From contig OZ024741.1 of assembly GCA_964016885.1 (NCBI GenBank), positions 263,500,001 to 263,564,000 on the forward strand: a stretch of DNA of 64,000 bases, read 5' to 3'. The notes under the pieces were generated by a model that did no database searches, was not told the origin of the DNA, and saw only the letters and a list, made by a program, of their open reading frames with translations. Of the stretch, positions 15,262 to 27,993 are shown in pieces. The first letter of the stretch is position 1; every line of letters starts with the position of its first letter. The stretch comes from Eledone cirrhosa (lineage: Eukaryota). The position numbers were made by a program, and so were the translations under genes.

Positions 15262-16626
15262 AACCAGTAAGACCCCAAACATAGATTGCGTAGGACTTAC
15301 CTCGCCCTCAAACCCCATAATGACCCGGGGGGGTAGACTAGGGCTATAACACCCCAGTTGCCGATTTTGCAATGGGTAACCCCTGCTTGCCAAGGAAGAC
15401 GTAAGATCTTCTTTGTATTCTTTTATCGCATCCTTTATTTCCTTCCCCCCTCTCTCCTTTGTCCTTCTACCCCAGCTCTTCTCCTTTGTCGGCGTCTTTT
15501 CTCGCCCACCCGAGGCTGCCCTTTGGCCCCATGTAGCCTTAGTACCCCCACTCCCCCCTCCCCTAGTCTTTGATAGATTTGGCGGACTCCGCCCTTTATA
15601 GCAGTTGGCTTAGACCCCGGATACTTGCCCCCCTTTTCCGACCGCTCCCACTATTCTCTGTGCCCTCTATATTTCTTAGTGGCACTTATGCCTTATTTTT
15701 TCGTTTCAGTATTTCTTGCTTCGCTTTTCTTCTGGGCGGGGTGGATTCTGAACTTATTTCTCCGTATTCTACCTTTATTTCGTACGAACTTTCATGTAGC
15801 TTGTTTTAGATCTTTTAGAGTTAGCATTAGTATATATTTTTCCCGGGACTCAGAATTATTATGTCGTACAAGTTCACTTTGCTGCACTGGGTCGTTGCTG
15901 GCCCGGGATGGAAACCTTTATTGTTTATTTCGTGGTAGTCTCTTTAGTATTTTGGCCCCTTTTGTTGACCAGTCACCGTATCATTTACGTACTTATACCT
16001 CTTAAAAGGGTCCTTGCCTAATTCGTCCCACCTAGTTCTTTTACTTATTTCCTTATTTATTTATTTATTTATTTATTTACTTCTTTCTTTCTTTCTTTAT
16101 TTTATTCTCGCCTAACAATAGCCTGACACCTAGGTCGTAGAATTTAATTTTTTCTTTACACTTATTTGCTTTTCTTCACTCTCAGTATTTTTTCTTTCCT
16201 ATTTTTACCCCCCATTGTTCTACCTACCGTTCCGACTTCCTCCCCCTCCCCCTCCCCTGTATCTTCTTTGACCTCATGCCCAGCTGTAGCTGGCACTACC
16301 AACGCTTGATTGGGTCTACTCCACCCCCTCCCCTCTTTCTCCTACTGGCAGGTTTAGCCACCATCTCCCCTACTAATTTGCAACCACAGAATTACTACTG
16401 ATTTTTGACAATCACTTTGACCATATATGGAATTACCCCTTGAGAAGATCGGCTATTTAAATACCAGGATAAATGTTCATTTAGTCCAGAATTAGCCGTC
16501 GAAACGGCTTGAGCTCAGCTGTCCTAAAAAGGGGTCTTACTGGTTCCTATTACCCACTCTACTACCTCAAGTATTGAGTACTTTGGTGCGTTATGGTCCA
16601 CCTGGTTCCTTACCACATTTCCTTCG

Positions 16627-16667
<41 letters not shown>

Positions 16668-16810
16668 AAAAGAGGCATGGACCCGACGGCTGAGCTCCAG
16701 CCGTTTCGACAGCTAGTTCTGAACTCTACTTCCCATAGTATCTAGTATCGAGTACTCTGGTGCGTTATGGTCCACCTGGTTCCTTACCACACTTCCTTCG
16801 TTATATATAT
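15257..16810 (+). mobile_element. Non-coding element with 20-bp terminal inversion and hammerhead-like 3' end, bounded by (TA)n; Penelope-like relic
   Basis: ataggaaccagtaagacccc (15257-15276) / ggggtcttactggttcctat (16531-16550); direct repeat 16571-16632 / 16745-16806; inverted partial copy at 16687-16725. Confidence 0.55.
16436..16534 (+). ncRNA. Hammerhead-like motif with long helix II and altered core
   Basis: cccct-TGAGAA-gatcggcta...tagccgtc-GAA-acggct tgagctc agctgt-C-ctaaaa-agggg. Confidence 0.5.
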
Positions 16811-16899
16811 ATTTTTCATTCGCACCGTTTCCTTTTGCTATATGTCTCTCCACCACTCCCCTACACACTTTTTGAACTCTGTTCCCACACACTTCTCAC

Positions 16900-16964
16900 C
16901 TGAAGAAGGGCTTATGCCCGAAACGTCGTCCCCCACCTACTCTCCTGAGCGTGAATTTAATAAA
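16900..16964 (+). ncRNA. Minimal Penelope-type hammerhead motif plus poly(A) signal
   Basis: CTGAAGA-a-gggc ttat gccc-GAA-ACGT-C; AATAAA at 16959; helix I not evident. Confidence 0.65.
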
Positions 16965-17008
16965 CATTTATTGTACTGCCTCTCTGTTCTGTCCCTGTTC
17001 AATTTTTC

Positions 17009-17052
<44 letters not shown>

Positions 17053-17141
17053 TATTTAATATATTAAATACTTATACTCTGATATGTATTGAGTACCTTA
17101 CTTACTGTGGTTACCCCCGATTGAATCCGGGATAAACTTAT

Positions 17142-17175
<34 letters not shown>

Positions 17176-17321
17176 TTATTCAGGTTTGAGGTTCACCACT
17201 GTATAGAGCTGGTCTATTCCGTATGGTCAATCGTAATGCAATAATATAGAGAGTACTCAACGTAAGGCAGTTCAACCGTCTTTGTTTTTGTAGTTGGTGG
17301 TGCTATTACGGAGTTAAATAT

Positions 17322-17657
17322 TATAATGAAATGACAGGAGGCTGGATTTGTTTAAATCCTTGAAAGGTTTATTATACTATGATCATTTCAATGACCGGGT
17401 TCCGTATGAATCCGGTGATATCATCAGGTATTCGAAATATAATACGTGAATGTAATAGATAAAATCCATGGGGCTGAAAGTCGCCCTCGGGTCCTCGTAT
17501 TTCAGCCCCATGGATTTTATCTATTACATTCACGTATTATATTTCGAATTCCTGATGATATCACCGGATTCATACGGAACCCGGTCATTGAAATGATCAT
17601 AGTATAATAAACCTTTCAAGGATTTACACAAATCCAGCCTCCTGTCATTTCATTATA
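17322..17657. repeat. Near-perfect palindrome, ~158-bp arms, 20-nt loop; hammerhead in each arm
   Basis: Arms 17322-17479 / 17500-17657. Confidence 0.93.
17548..17611 (+). ncRNA. Type I hammerhead motif plus AATAAA (mirror copy on minus strand at about 17368-17431)
   Basis: CTGATGA-tatc-accgg..ccggt-catt-GAA-ATGATCAT-A-gtat-AATAAA; minus copy has perfect helix I atac/gtat. Confidence 0.7.
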
Positions 17658-17663
17658 TTATAT

Positions 17664-17730
<67 letters not shown>

Positions 17731-17934
17731 ATGTGTAAATCAAGTGGTCATATATGTGACAACCACTTTGTGCTACATTTCTCTGGGAAGTCATAATTTG
17801 ATATCTTCCTCCCTAACCCCCCCCCCCCCCCCGCTCTCTCTCATACACACTGTTGGTCAGTGGTGGATCAGCAGCTATTTATATCTATCTATCCATCTAT
17901 CTATCTATCTCTTTTTTCGGGGGGGGGGGGGGGT

Positions 17935-18128
17935 GCGACCTCCCAAGGCGCCTCCTCCCTATTGAGGATTTTGTTATTAAATTTATTTTTGTTATATTTT
18001 ATATATTATTTTTTATATCTTGTTATTGCCTCCTCCTTATTGAGGACGCCTTTTTATGTAAACTCCCCCCATTGTACTTGTCCCACTCTTTGATGCCCTG
18101 GTGGCAAATAAAAAGAAAGTTATCTATC
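17935..18128 (+). mobile_element. 3' UTR fragment of an L1/Tx1-type LINE
   Basis: Ends tgtccca..gccctggtggcaaataaaaagaaagt-tatctatct, similar to the tail at 18877-18920. Confidence 0.55.
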
Positions 18129-18129
18129 T

Positions 18130-18920
18130 CGAGTGCCTTCAGGCGCTCACAGCCCTCTACCAAGCGGAAACGGCAATTAGCGGAGACTCCACTTCGACAT
18201 TCTATAGGAGATTAGTGGAGGATAAGTGCGATACGTTCTCGGGGAAACTCTAGGCATCGAAGAGGACGAACTGACCAGTCTATTCGAGAGGACTTTCCCT
18301 CTAGGGCCTATGGATAACTTCCAGAGGTCTCTGGCCTCGCAGTGCTACCGAGGAGCTCTACCAGTTCGAGACAAAATCTACAGGCACGGACGCCCTGGCA
18401 GAGATCCTGCCAAAAGGACCTGCCCAAGATGCGAGCAGGACATCGAAACCGTTCTGCACACAATTGTTCAGTGCCCAGGGGTGACCGACCTGTGGAATTA
18501 TGTCGAACAGCTACTGTCACGTGTGGGATGCATCCAGTTGTCAGCCGAGTCGATCGTGAGGATCACCCCGTCGCCTTCATTTAAGAATGAAGGAGAGGCG
18601 GTTTTCCTCTGTCTGGTGGCTATGGCGAAAGAGGTAATATGGTGGACGAGTTTAAAAGGACCGAGGGCAAACACCTTTCTCTCCGGACAACAACTTATCC
18701 CCTTCTTTAAGTACCACTTCAGAAGGAAGGTGAGAGTGGAGAGAGAAGTGCTACACCCCAGTAAATTCGCTGAAAGGTGGGTGAATGTGGCGAAAATGGC
18801 CCGAGTGAATGGGCCTTCTCTGTATATAAACCTGTAGGTTGAGGAAGATAAACAGAGGGAAGACAGGAACACGTCTTGTAATGTCCCATTTTTGTACGCC
18901 CCTGGCAAATAAAGAAAGAT
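18130..18920 (+). mobile_element. 5'-truncated L1/Tx1-clade LINE (ORF2 C-terminus plus 3' UTR)
   Basis: zf-RVT-type ORF followed by aataaa and (CTAT)n. Confidence 0.8.
18226..18837 (+). pseudogene. LINE ORF2 C-terminal zinc-binding (zf-RVT, CCHC) fragment
   Basis: RGALPVRDKIYRHG...CPRCEQDIETVLHTIVQCP..LW. Confidence 0.8.
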
Positions 18921-19099
18921 ATCTATCCATCTATCTATCTGTCTGTCTATCTAGTATTTCATTTCATAGCTCCTGGGAAGGATTAATGGTAAAGTTAACC
19001 TCGGCAGGATTTGAACTCAGAACTAATGTTTTTCTAATATAGGCACACATGCACATATTTTAGTAGTTAGAAGCGATTAAATCGATATCAGTACCTTAA

Positions 19100-19324
19100 A
19101 CAATGGTTTCTGATTTAGGTACAAGGCCAACATTTTTAGGAGATTGAAAAGTAGATTAGATCGACACCACTGTATTACTAGTGTTTTATTTTATCGACCC
19201 CGTAAGGATAAAAGGTAAAGCTAACATCAGCGGGATTTGCACTCAGAACGTAAAAGGCCATAACTCTATGCCGACGTGAAGCATGTTGTCCGACTCACTA
19301 GCGATTCTGCCAATCTACCGCCCT
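19100..19324 (-). mobile_element. tRNA-derived SINE, same family as 12840; partial copies at 18975-19022 and 19330-19385
   Basis: ttttatcgaccccgtaaggat...gggatttgcactcag...ctgccaatctaccgccc. Confidence 0.8.
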
Positions 19325-19700
19325 TAAATCGATCTCTGTGCGTTGCTGGTACTTGGTGTTATCGACCCCGTAAGAATGAAAGATAAACAAAAAACAAAAA
19401 CAACAACCTCAAAATACAAACAAACAAACAAACAAACAAACAAACAAACAAACAAACAAACAAACAAACAACATCATTGTGAATGGCTGAAACGGTAGAA
19501 CGCCGTCTGTAAATGTATTTCAGTATTTAGTAACACAACTAAACCTCCCGAGTTCAAATCTTCCCAGGATACACTACTTCTTTCCAGCAACGCAAATTTT
19601 TTTTGTTGTTTGATTTTATACTCAGTGTTGTTGCTGATGTTGTTGTTGTTGTAGTTATTTTCTTTTTCGAAATTTTATCAATTATTATTTTCTTCCATCA

Positions 19701-19920
19701 GGGCGGTGTATTGACAGTATCGGTAGAGCGTTGGACACCATGCTTTGCAGCATAGAGTTACGCCCCTTTACAATCTGAGTTCAAATCCTGCCGAGGTTAG
19801 CTTTGCCTTTCATCCTTAAGGAGTCGATAAAATAAAGCATCAGTAACGCACTAGGGTCGATTTAATCGACTTTCTCCTCCCCCCAAATTGTTGGCCTTGT
19901 GCCTATTGTAGACATCATTA
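19701..19920 (+). mobile_element. tRNA-derived SINE, full length
   Basis: A and B boxes, central domain and tail as at 12840. Confidence 0.85.
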
Positions 19921-20079
19921 TTTTCTTTCATTAAATTTAGATCGATATGTAATGTAATATTTTTCATAAATTGGCATTCGCGACCTAAACAACCTCTCTC
20001 CTTCTCCCCCCTCTCTATATCCTTTTTTATAGCAAGCCATTTTAAAACTTTTGATATTAAGAACAACTAACAAGATATA

Positions 20080-20700
20080 ACCTTTCGTTACTATATTGCC
20101 AACGAAACATGAAAATAAAAGAAATGTGTAGGGATTTAGTAATACAACTAACTTTCTCATTATTAAGCTGGTGTTTGGAACATAACTTATCAAAAGTTCG
20201 TAGCACTTAGATAAAATTTTAATTGAAGATTTTTAGATAAATAATTGTTTCTACATTTGACACAAGGCTAACAATTTTTGGAGAGGATAAAGTCGATTAA
20301 ATTGACCCCAGTGTGTTACTGGTACTTCATTCTACCGACTCCGTAAGGATGAAAACAAAGTTAACCTCGGCGGGATTTGAACTTAGAACGTAAAGGGATG
20401 TAACTATATTTCATAAAGCATTTTGTCCGACGCTCTACCTTTACGTTGCCTCATTTATAATGAAAGACATTGCCTGTAATTATCAAATAATTTTGAAAAT
20501 AATCAAGAATGAGTAGGGATTTAGCAATACAACTAACTATCTCATTATTAAACTGGTGTCTGGAACATACCTAAACAAAGGTTCTGACATAAAATTATGT
20601 TGGAATTTTTTTTTTTAGATAAATACAAACATATTGAAACAACCAGTTTTTAATAGTAAAAACAAAGGAGGTTTTAGATAGTTTTGTTGCAAAAGGCTTG
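20080..20700. repeat. Two copies of an interspersed repeat (third at about 23450-23705), probably a DNA-transposon relic
   Basis: Shared gggatttag.aatacaactaact.tctcattattaa.ctggtgt.tggaacata at about 20130, 20516 and 23552. Confidence 0.55.
20241..20440 (-). mobile_element. tRNA-derived SINE
   Basis: Reverse complement of the 12840 family. Confidence 0.8.
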
Positions 20701-20707
20701 AACAGTA

Positions 20708-20890
20708 TACGAGGGTTGGCTGAAAAGTTCACAGGCTGACCAAGATACTCTCATGGAATGACCAAATGAGGTTTATTTTTCAGCATAGTCCTGGAAAGAA
20801 ACCATGCAGTAATTAATAAAAAGTGTTGAAATTAATGCATGCAAGATTTCACAGTTCTAACATCACTCCATCATAGTCAGCCTATGAACT
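20708..20890. mobile_element. Mariner-like MITE
   Basis: Starts TA-cgagggttggctgaaaagttc; inverted ends agttcacaggctgac / gtcagcctatgaact. Confidence 0.65.
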
Positions 20891-21729
20891 GGGTTAAATT
20901 TTGAGCATCATTTCAGAGAGACGCAAAAAACGAAATTAAGTAAGGTATTTAGTTCGCCGCTCATCTTTTCAACCCATAAACTCTCTTTTCTTTTATAATA
21001 CAATCTAAATTTCTTCTTGAATTATATTTTCTTTTAATTTTTATCGTTTTTAACTTAAATAAATAAATTCTAAAACAAAAAAGTTAAAATAAAGTAAAAT
21101 AATTTTAATCTTCTAATATTATTTTTAGTGTTTTTAATTTTATATTTAGTTGAAAGAAAATCTAAAACAATAGAAAATGAAAAAGGAAAATAACCAATAT
21201 TCTTCGAGTATATTTTCTTTCCTTTTTATATTTAATCGATAATAAGTCATATTTCTTTGAATAAATAAATAAATAAATTCGAACATCAAAAAAAAACAAT
21301 GACAACGATTGTACAAAAAAGTTTTAATCAATTTCGTTTCGTTCCACTTTCTATACTGCTTATACATTTTTTAATCACCCTGATTATTTATCTATTTCGT
21401 TTCGTTTGCGCCAAGCTGTTATTTCGAAACAAGCGCCAGTCAGTGTAATGTGGGTCAGAGTATTCCGATTGTCGGAAGCTATGTCGTCGTCGTCTCTTTC
21501 ATGAACATTGACGATAATTAACTGGATTTTTCTCTTAAAAAGCATTGCTAAACGAAAAGATTTTTCATTGGGAAATATTTACAAATGGTAGCTTAAGTAA
21601 GTAGACTACTTTTTCTCGCACAGCTTTCTTTCGTTTTCATTGCCTTTTCTTTTCTTTATCTAATGCTATATGATTTAAGTAGCGGGTGGTGAGAGAGAGA
21701 CGAAGAGTCTTGTTTTGTTTATTAACACT

Positions 21730-22323
21730 ATCTACACACATACACATATATAGACACACACATATATATATATAGATACACGCGCACACATATTTATATA
21801 TACACACATATATAGGTATGTATATATATCTACACATATACACATACATATTCACATATACATACATATACACACACACATATATAAACACGTATATGAA
21901 TATATAGAAAATACACACACACATATATATAAACACGTTTATAAATATATATAAACACACACACACACATATATATATAAGCATTTATATGTTTATAAAC
22001 ATATATACACACATCTTGGTACGATAAATATAGACTATTTGTGTATTCACTTGACCAACTTTGCTCTCTCTCTCAAACTTGTTTTGGTGTATCTATATGT
22101 ATATATATATGTATGAGCTGTGTTACATGTGTGTGTATTATATATATATATACACATGAATCTGTATGTGTATCCATGTATATATATGTGTGTGCTGCAT
22201 ATGTGTATATATGAATTGTGATGAGCATGTATATATATATATAATACATGCGTTATTTTTGTTGCATATATCTATATATGATGCATATATTATGATCTAT
22301 GCACATATACATGTATGTGATTT

Positions 22324-22383
<60 letters not shown>

Positions 22384-22558
22384 ATACACACATACATACG
22401 TATATCCACACACACACGTGTGTGTTTGATAAACATGTATTTAGTTATGTCTTATATAAAGTTTTGTGGCATCAGATAACTATATTCACATAATCTCAAG
22501 CATGATTTCTTGTGTGTGTATATATATATATAATTGTGTATATATATATATATATAAT

Positions 22559-22590
<32 letters not shown>

Positions 22591-22632
22591 ATTAGAAAGT
22601 GAACACAAAATATAACTACTCCATTACCAAAC

Positions 22633-22671
<39 letters not shown>

Positions 22672-24541
22672 TACTCTCTAATAGACATTTTCTATATCTC
22701 CTGTTCCTCTCTTTCTCTCACTCATACATTATACAACTCTTTTTCTCTTTTACACATCTATTTTTCACTCTCTACTTAATGCTCTTTCTCGATGTTGTTC
22801 TTTTAATCTTTCGCTCTCTCACTCCCCTCTTTCTCTTCCAATATATCCCTCTACCAGTATATTCCTCTATCTCACTACCTCTCTCTCTCTAACAATATAT
22901 CCCTCCCCTCTCTCTCTACCAATATATCTCTCTACGAATCTCATCTCTCACTACCAGTATATCATTCTCACACTATTTTTTTCACATTAGCTGTCTCTCT
23001 CTCTCTGCCCTTCCCTTTCTGTCTCATAAACACTCTAAACTCTGTCTCACGCTTTTCCATGAGGTACACTGTATAAGTATTTCTCTTATTTTTTTTTAAT
23101 TAAAAAAGCAAAACCAAATCTCTCTCTGATACACATACATCCACACACACACTTGCATGAACAAGTCTATACTCACACAAAAAATATACTCATATATATA
23201 TATACACATATACATCCACACACTTGCCTGTACAATCTCTACTCGTACAAACACATACATATATACAAACACGCATATACTCATACATCCACACACACAT
23301 GCATGAGCAATCTATACTCATACAAACACATGAACAAGTTTATACTCATACGCACAGACACATGCACACAAACACACACACTTTCTGTCCCCTTTTCTTT
23401 GGTCTAACTATTTTCCCACCCAACTCTTTTATTACCCTCTCTCTAACCCCAAGTTATTTCCCTTGCGATATCACCCCTTGTATTTTAACCATTTACTAAT
23501 GAAAGACACAGCTAATTATTTTCAAATTATATTGGAAACAATCGAGAAATTGGGATTTAATAATATAACTTTCTCATCACTAAGGTGGTGTTTGGAACGT
23601 AACGCAACAAAAGTTCTAATATGGAAGGTTTCTAAACAGATATAAACACTTAAAAATAGTTTTGTATGATAGAACCCGGGGCAGTTTTGAATCTAAAGGG
23701 TTTAATGCCCATCCTAATAAGTCTTATCTTCCTCTCTCTCTCTCAATGACCTTCCTTGTTTATCCTCTTTATTATTGATTCTTCTCTCTCTCTTTCTCTC
23801 TTTGTTCTTGCTCTATCACTTTTCTCGCCCTTGTTATATACTCCCTCTCTTTTTGTTCTTACTCTATCACTCATCTCGCTCTTGTTATATACAAACTCTC
23901 TTTAATTTTACTCTATCACTTTTCTCGCCTTTGTTATATATGCCCTCTCTCTTTGTTCTTACCTTATCAGTTTTATCGCTGTTATATACTTCCTCTCTCT
24001 TCACTTTTGCTCCTGGTATATACTCTTTCTCTTTGTTCTTACTCTATCACCTCTCCTCTCTCTCTATATATACATACACACCATTTTGTTCTTTATCACT
24101 TGCTATATACACTCTTTCTCTCTTTGTTCTTAAACCTATCATTTTGTCTCTCATCTCTTATCTTCATTTTACTCTTTCATCTATATTGCGTCATTTCTCT
24201 CTCACTCTCTCTATAATTTAAGTTCATCTTTGACTTCTCTCCCACTATTCACTGTTTTCTCTGATCCTGCACATTACATTTTTTCTTTCCACTAGCTTCT
24301 CTCTGATTAATTTCCATTGTTCCCCCTCCCCTTATTAATTTCCACCGTTACTCTGATTAATTTCCTCTATCTTCCCTCTTCTGTGTGTTTTATTTCCACT
24401 ATATTTCTGTCTCTCTCCTCCTCTCCACTATAGTTCTGCCTCTCCCTTCTCTCTACATTTCCACCATATTTCTGTCTCTCTATATTTCCACTATGTATGA
24501 CCCTAATATAACTGTAAAATTGCCTTCTGTGTTTTGTTTGT

Positions 24542-24572
<31 letters not shown>

Positions 24573-24800
24573 CTCCCTCTACATTTCCACTATATTTTTC
24601 TCTATCTTCTCCCCCCCCCCCTCTCTGCTTCATTTCCACCATATCCCCCCCCCCCTCTTTGTTTCATGTCCATTATATTTCTGTCTGTCTTACTCCTCTC
24701 TATATTTCCACTGTCTCTTACCACCCTTCTCTCTGCTTCATTTCCACTATTTTTCTGGCTGTCTCTGCTTCATTTCCTTTGCTTCTGACTATCCCTGGCC
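21730..24800. repeat. Low-complexity block: CA/TA microsatellites and CT-rich degenerate minisatellites
   Basis: Repeated ctctctctttgttcttactctatcact and atttccactat units. Confidence 0.75.
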
Positions 24801-25514
24801 CCTCCGCTTGTCTTCCCCTTCCCTCAACAGCCACTGAACTGCTGTGGTCGAGGATAGAAGACTGGTGTGATGGTGGCATGGCGTTTTCGCTTTTGTCCTT
24901 AGTGTGCTGTCGTGCTCCTCAGCCTCAAGTGAAAACCTACTTTTCAACACAGCCGCATATGTACACTCATATACACACGCACATACACACGTGTACTATG
25001 TGTACGTATGCATGCTGTGTGTATGAATGCATGTGCTCGTGTGTGAGAATGTGTGTGTTCCTGCGTATGCATTTGTTTTTGTGCATGTGTTTTTCTTTGA
25101 TTTCAGTTGGAACCGGCCATTGACAGTGGCAAGGCTTGTTATTTTGAATCAAAACAATTTTAGGGATTTGTGAATATATGAACGAGTTAATATGTGCATG
25201 TATGTACTGAATTTAAACATATGCCAAACCTGCTGCGCCTTAGAGCCTCAAAATAATTGTTCAATTTTTGTGAGACCTGCTGTAACTTTTTCAAACGAGG
25301 GTCCAGGGTCTGTCTCGTATGTATTTCGTATACTTGCACTCGGGTTTGTGTACCTGTGTGCATCTCTTAGTACAAGAATTGGTATGTGGTTACTGTCTTG
25401 CGCATGCTGTATGTATGTATAAGTGAGTAACATAATTTGCGTTCAAACAAGACAGTCTCAAAAGATTATCATGAAAGTTAATATAAATATATAATATAGT
25501 TTTATTATTTTATT

Positions 25515-25690
25515 TGGATTGGCAGTATCGGTAGAGTCGGACTCCATGCTTTGAAGCATAGTTACGTCCCCTTATGATCTGAGTTCAAATCCCGCCGAGG
25601 TTAACTTTCATCTTTACGGGGTCGATAAAATAAAGTACCAGTAATGTACTGGGTAATTGCTGGCCTTGTGCCTAAAATAGAAACAATTAT
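25515..25690 (+). mobile_element. tRNA-derived SINE
   Basis: Same family as 12840. Confidence 0.85.
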
Positions 25691-25705
25691 TTTATTAGTT
25701 TGGCA

Positions 25706-25868
25706 TATACAAGTATCTACTGAAAAGTTCATAGGCAGAACTAAGACCAAATGAGGTTTATTTTTCAATATAGTCCCTGGAAAGAAACAATGCAGTTATT
25801 AATGAGTTGAAATTAATGCATGCACGATTTCACAGCTCTAGTATCATTCCTTAATAGCCCATCCTCGT
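25706..25868. mobile_element. Second, decayed copy of the mariner-like MITE
   Basis: Shares gaccaaatgaggtttatttttca and gttgaaattaatgcatgca with 20708-20890. Confidence 0.65.
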
Positions 25869-25911
25869 GTGTATGTGTGTATATTATATATATATATATA
25901 AAAGACTAAAG

Positions 25912-25951
<40 letters not shown>

Positions 25952-26920
25952 CTAAAGCCATATATATATATATATAAAAGACTAAAGCCATATATATATG
26001 GCTTTAGTCTTTTAGTAGTTTCAGTCATTTGACTAATACGAATAGTTTCATTCTATTTAATCATGTTTACACGTTTCCATGTAAAAACCCCGCCGTAATG
26101 TCCCATTTCTTGTGCGCCCTTGTGGCAAAGGAATCTATCTAATGACGTTCAAATTATTACGCAAGATTTTGTAATGTGTGAAAACTGCTCTTGATATTTT
26201 TGTGGTGACTGACAAATTTGAGTAATTTCCTGTTACCCCCCCCCCCCCCCCCGACTTTCTGGTACCCCACCCCACAAAATGATTCTGTTTACATTCCCAA
26301 GGGTTCTCTATTTCAAAGGGGATGCTGCTTGAATATAAATATATGAAATACATTATTTTCTATGGTACTTGTGTACTTACGTAATTCTTAAGCCTAGCGC
26401 AGGAACCTTGTGATAACACATACGTGTGTGTACGTATCTCAATCTCGAGTCCTATGGTGTGAATATTATGAAGGGGCAAAAACTTCAATCAATTGAAAAT
26501 GTCATAGCAACTCGGGTGTTCAAATGAGAGGCAACAAGTTTTTTTTTTTTCAATTAAAGATAATTCGCTGAGAGTTGACCATTATTCTGTCTCTCTCGTC
26601 TATATATATATATATATATGTAGATAAATCTACCAAAAGTTTACGGTAATGTCCAATCCGGATATCATGAAAAGAGAAGATGCATTCAAAAACTACTTTC
26701 GGTGAAAAATAAACGGAAAACAAGATATATGTGTAGGTATGTATATTCCCTCTGATAGTTTGTATAAATATTGTACATAGATCTATAGAATATGCATACC
26801 AACTCTAACACATATATATCCTAGAAACGATCGTAAAATAATGAATTTTTTTTAATATAAGGAACTGTTTCTTTGTTTATTCATTATTTTTTTAATAATT
26901 TATATATATATATATATATA

Positions 26921-27214
26921 TAATTGTTTCTACTTTTGGCACAAGGCCAGCAATTAGCCAGTGTATTACTGGTACTTTATTTTGTCGACCCCGTAAGCAT
27001 GAAAGGTAAAGTTAACCTCGGCGGGATTTGAACTCAGAATGGCAAGGGTCGTAACTCTATGCGTCAAGGCATGGCGTCCGAGCCTCTACCGATACTGCCA
27101 ATCCACCGCCCTTTTGAACTTAACTCAGTGCCTCTGAAATATGTATAATAAAATATAATTGATCACAAGAATATCTATTTTGTTAAAATATAATTGATCA
27201 CAAGAATATCTATT

Positions 27215-27250
<36 letters not shown>

Positions 27251-27436
27251 ATTGTTTCTACTTTAGGCACAAGGCCAGCAATTACCAGTGCATTACTGGT
27301 ACTTTATTTTATCGACCTCGTAAGGATGAAAGGCGAAGTCAACCTCGGCGGGATTTGAACTCAGATGGTAAAGGGACGTAACTATGCTGGAAAGCATGGC
27401 GTCCGACCCTCTACCGATACTGCCAATCCACCGCCC
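26921..27436 (-). mobile_element. Two SINE copies (26921-27111, 27250-27436), each with its 3' end in (TA)n
   Basis: Reverse complement of the 12840 family. Confidence 0.85.
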
Positions 27437-27488
27437 TATATATATATATATAATATTAACAAAATAGATATTCTTGTGATCAATTATA

Positions 27489-27550
27489 TTTTATTATACA
27501 TATTTCAGAGGTACTGAGTTAAGTTCAACAGTACGTCCTCATCAGATAAA
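27489..27550 (-). ncRNA. Type I hammerhead motif plus AATAAA; truncated inverted copy at 27115-27225
   Basis: CTGATGA-ggacgtactg ttgaacttaact cagtacctct-GAA-ATATGT-A-tAATAAA. Confidence 0.65.
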
Positions 27551-27936
27551 ATAAAATGATACATGACAGACATACCCTGACATAGTAGATGGTTAAGATT
27601 GTCATGACTACCATGAGTTGTTAATATTTTGAATTAATATTAATAACTCTGGAAAACCTTAATTGTTGAGTGCTTCCAATCTATTGTAAAACTCATTCTT
27701 TGATGTATTCATTGAACCTTGTTTAACTCTTAAATATATATATATATATATATATATGTCTTCTTTTTCTCCTTTCTCTCTTTCGTCTTATTAGATTCAT
27801 GCTTGGGATGTTAATCCATCAAGAAAGTTAGGAGAGAGAGAGATAGGAGGGCGGTGGGAGGTTTATCAGGAAGGGTAAGATGAGCAGGCAAGTAGGGGTA
27901 TAAATAGTCTGGAATGGGGGTGGGGGTACATTCTAT

Positions 27937-27993
27937 ATTGAGTCGACTGCGGTGAATAGGCATCGCTGATGAGATCTAATGTCGAAACACAAT
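27937..27993 (+). ncRNA. Candidate type III hammerhead ribozyme
   Basis: attgaGTC-gactgc ggtgaatag gcatcg-CTGATGA-gat ctaat gtc-GAA-acacaat; TATAAATA at 27899. Confidence 0.5.

Noticed and set aside
25900-26012. aaagactaaagcc repeats and small palindrome
   Set aside because: Explained by slippage or fold-back around (TA)n
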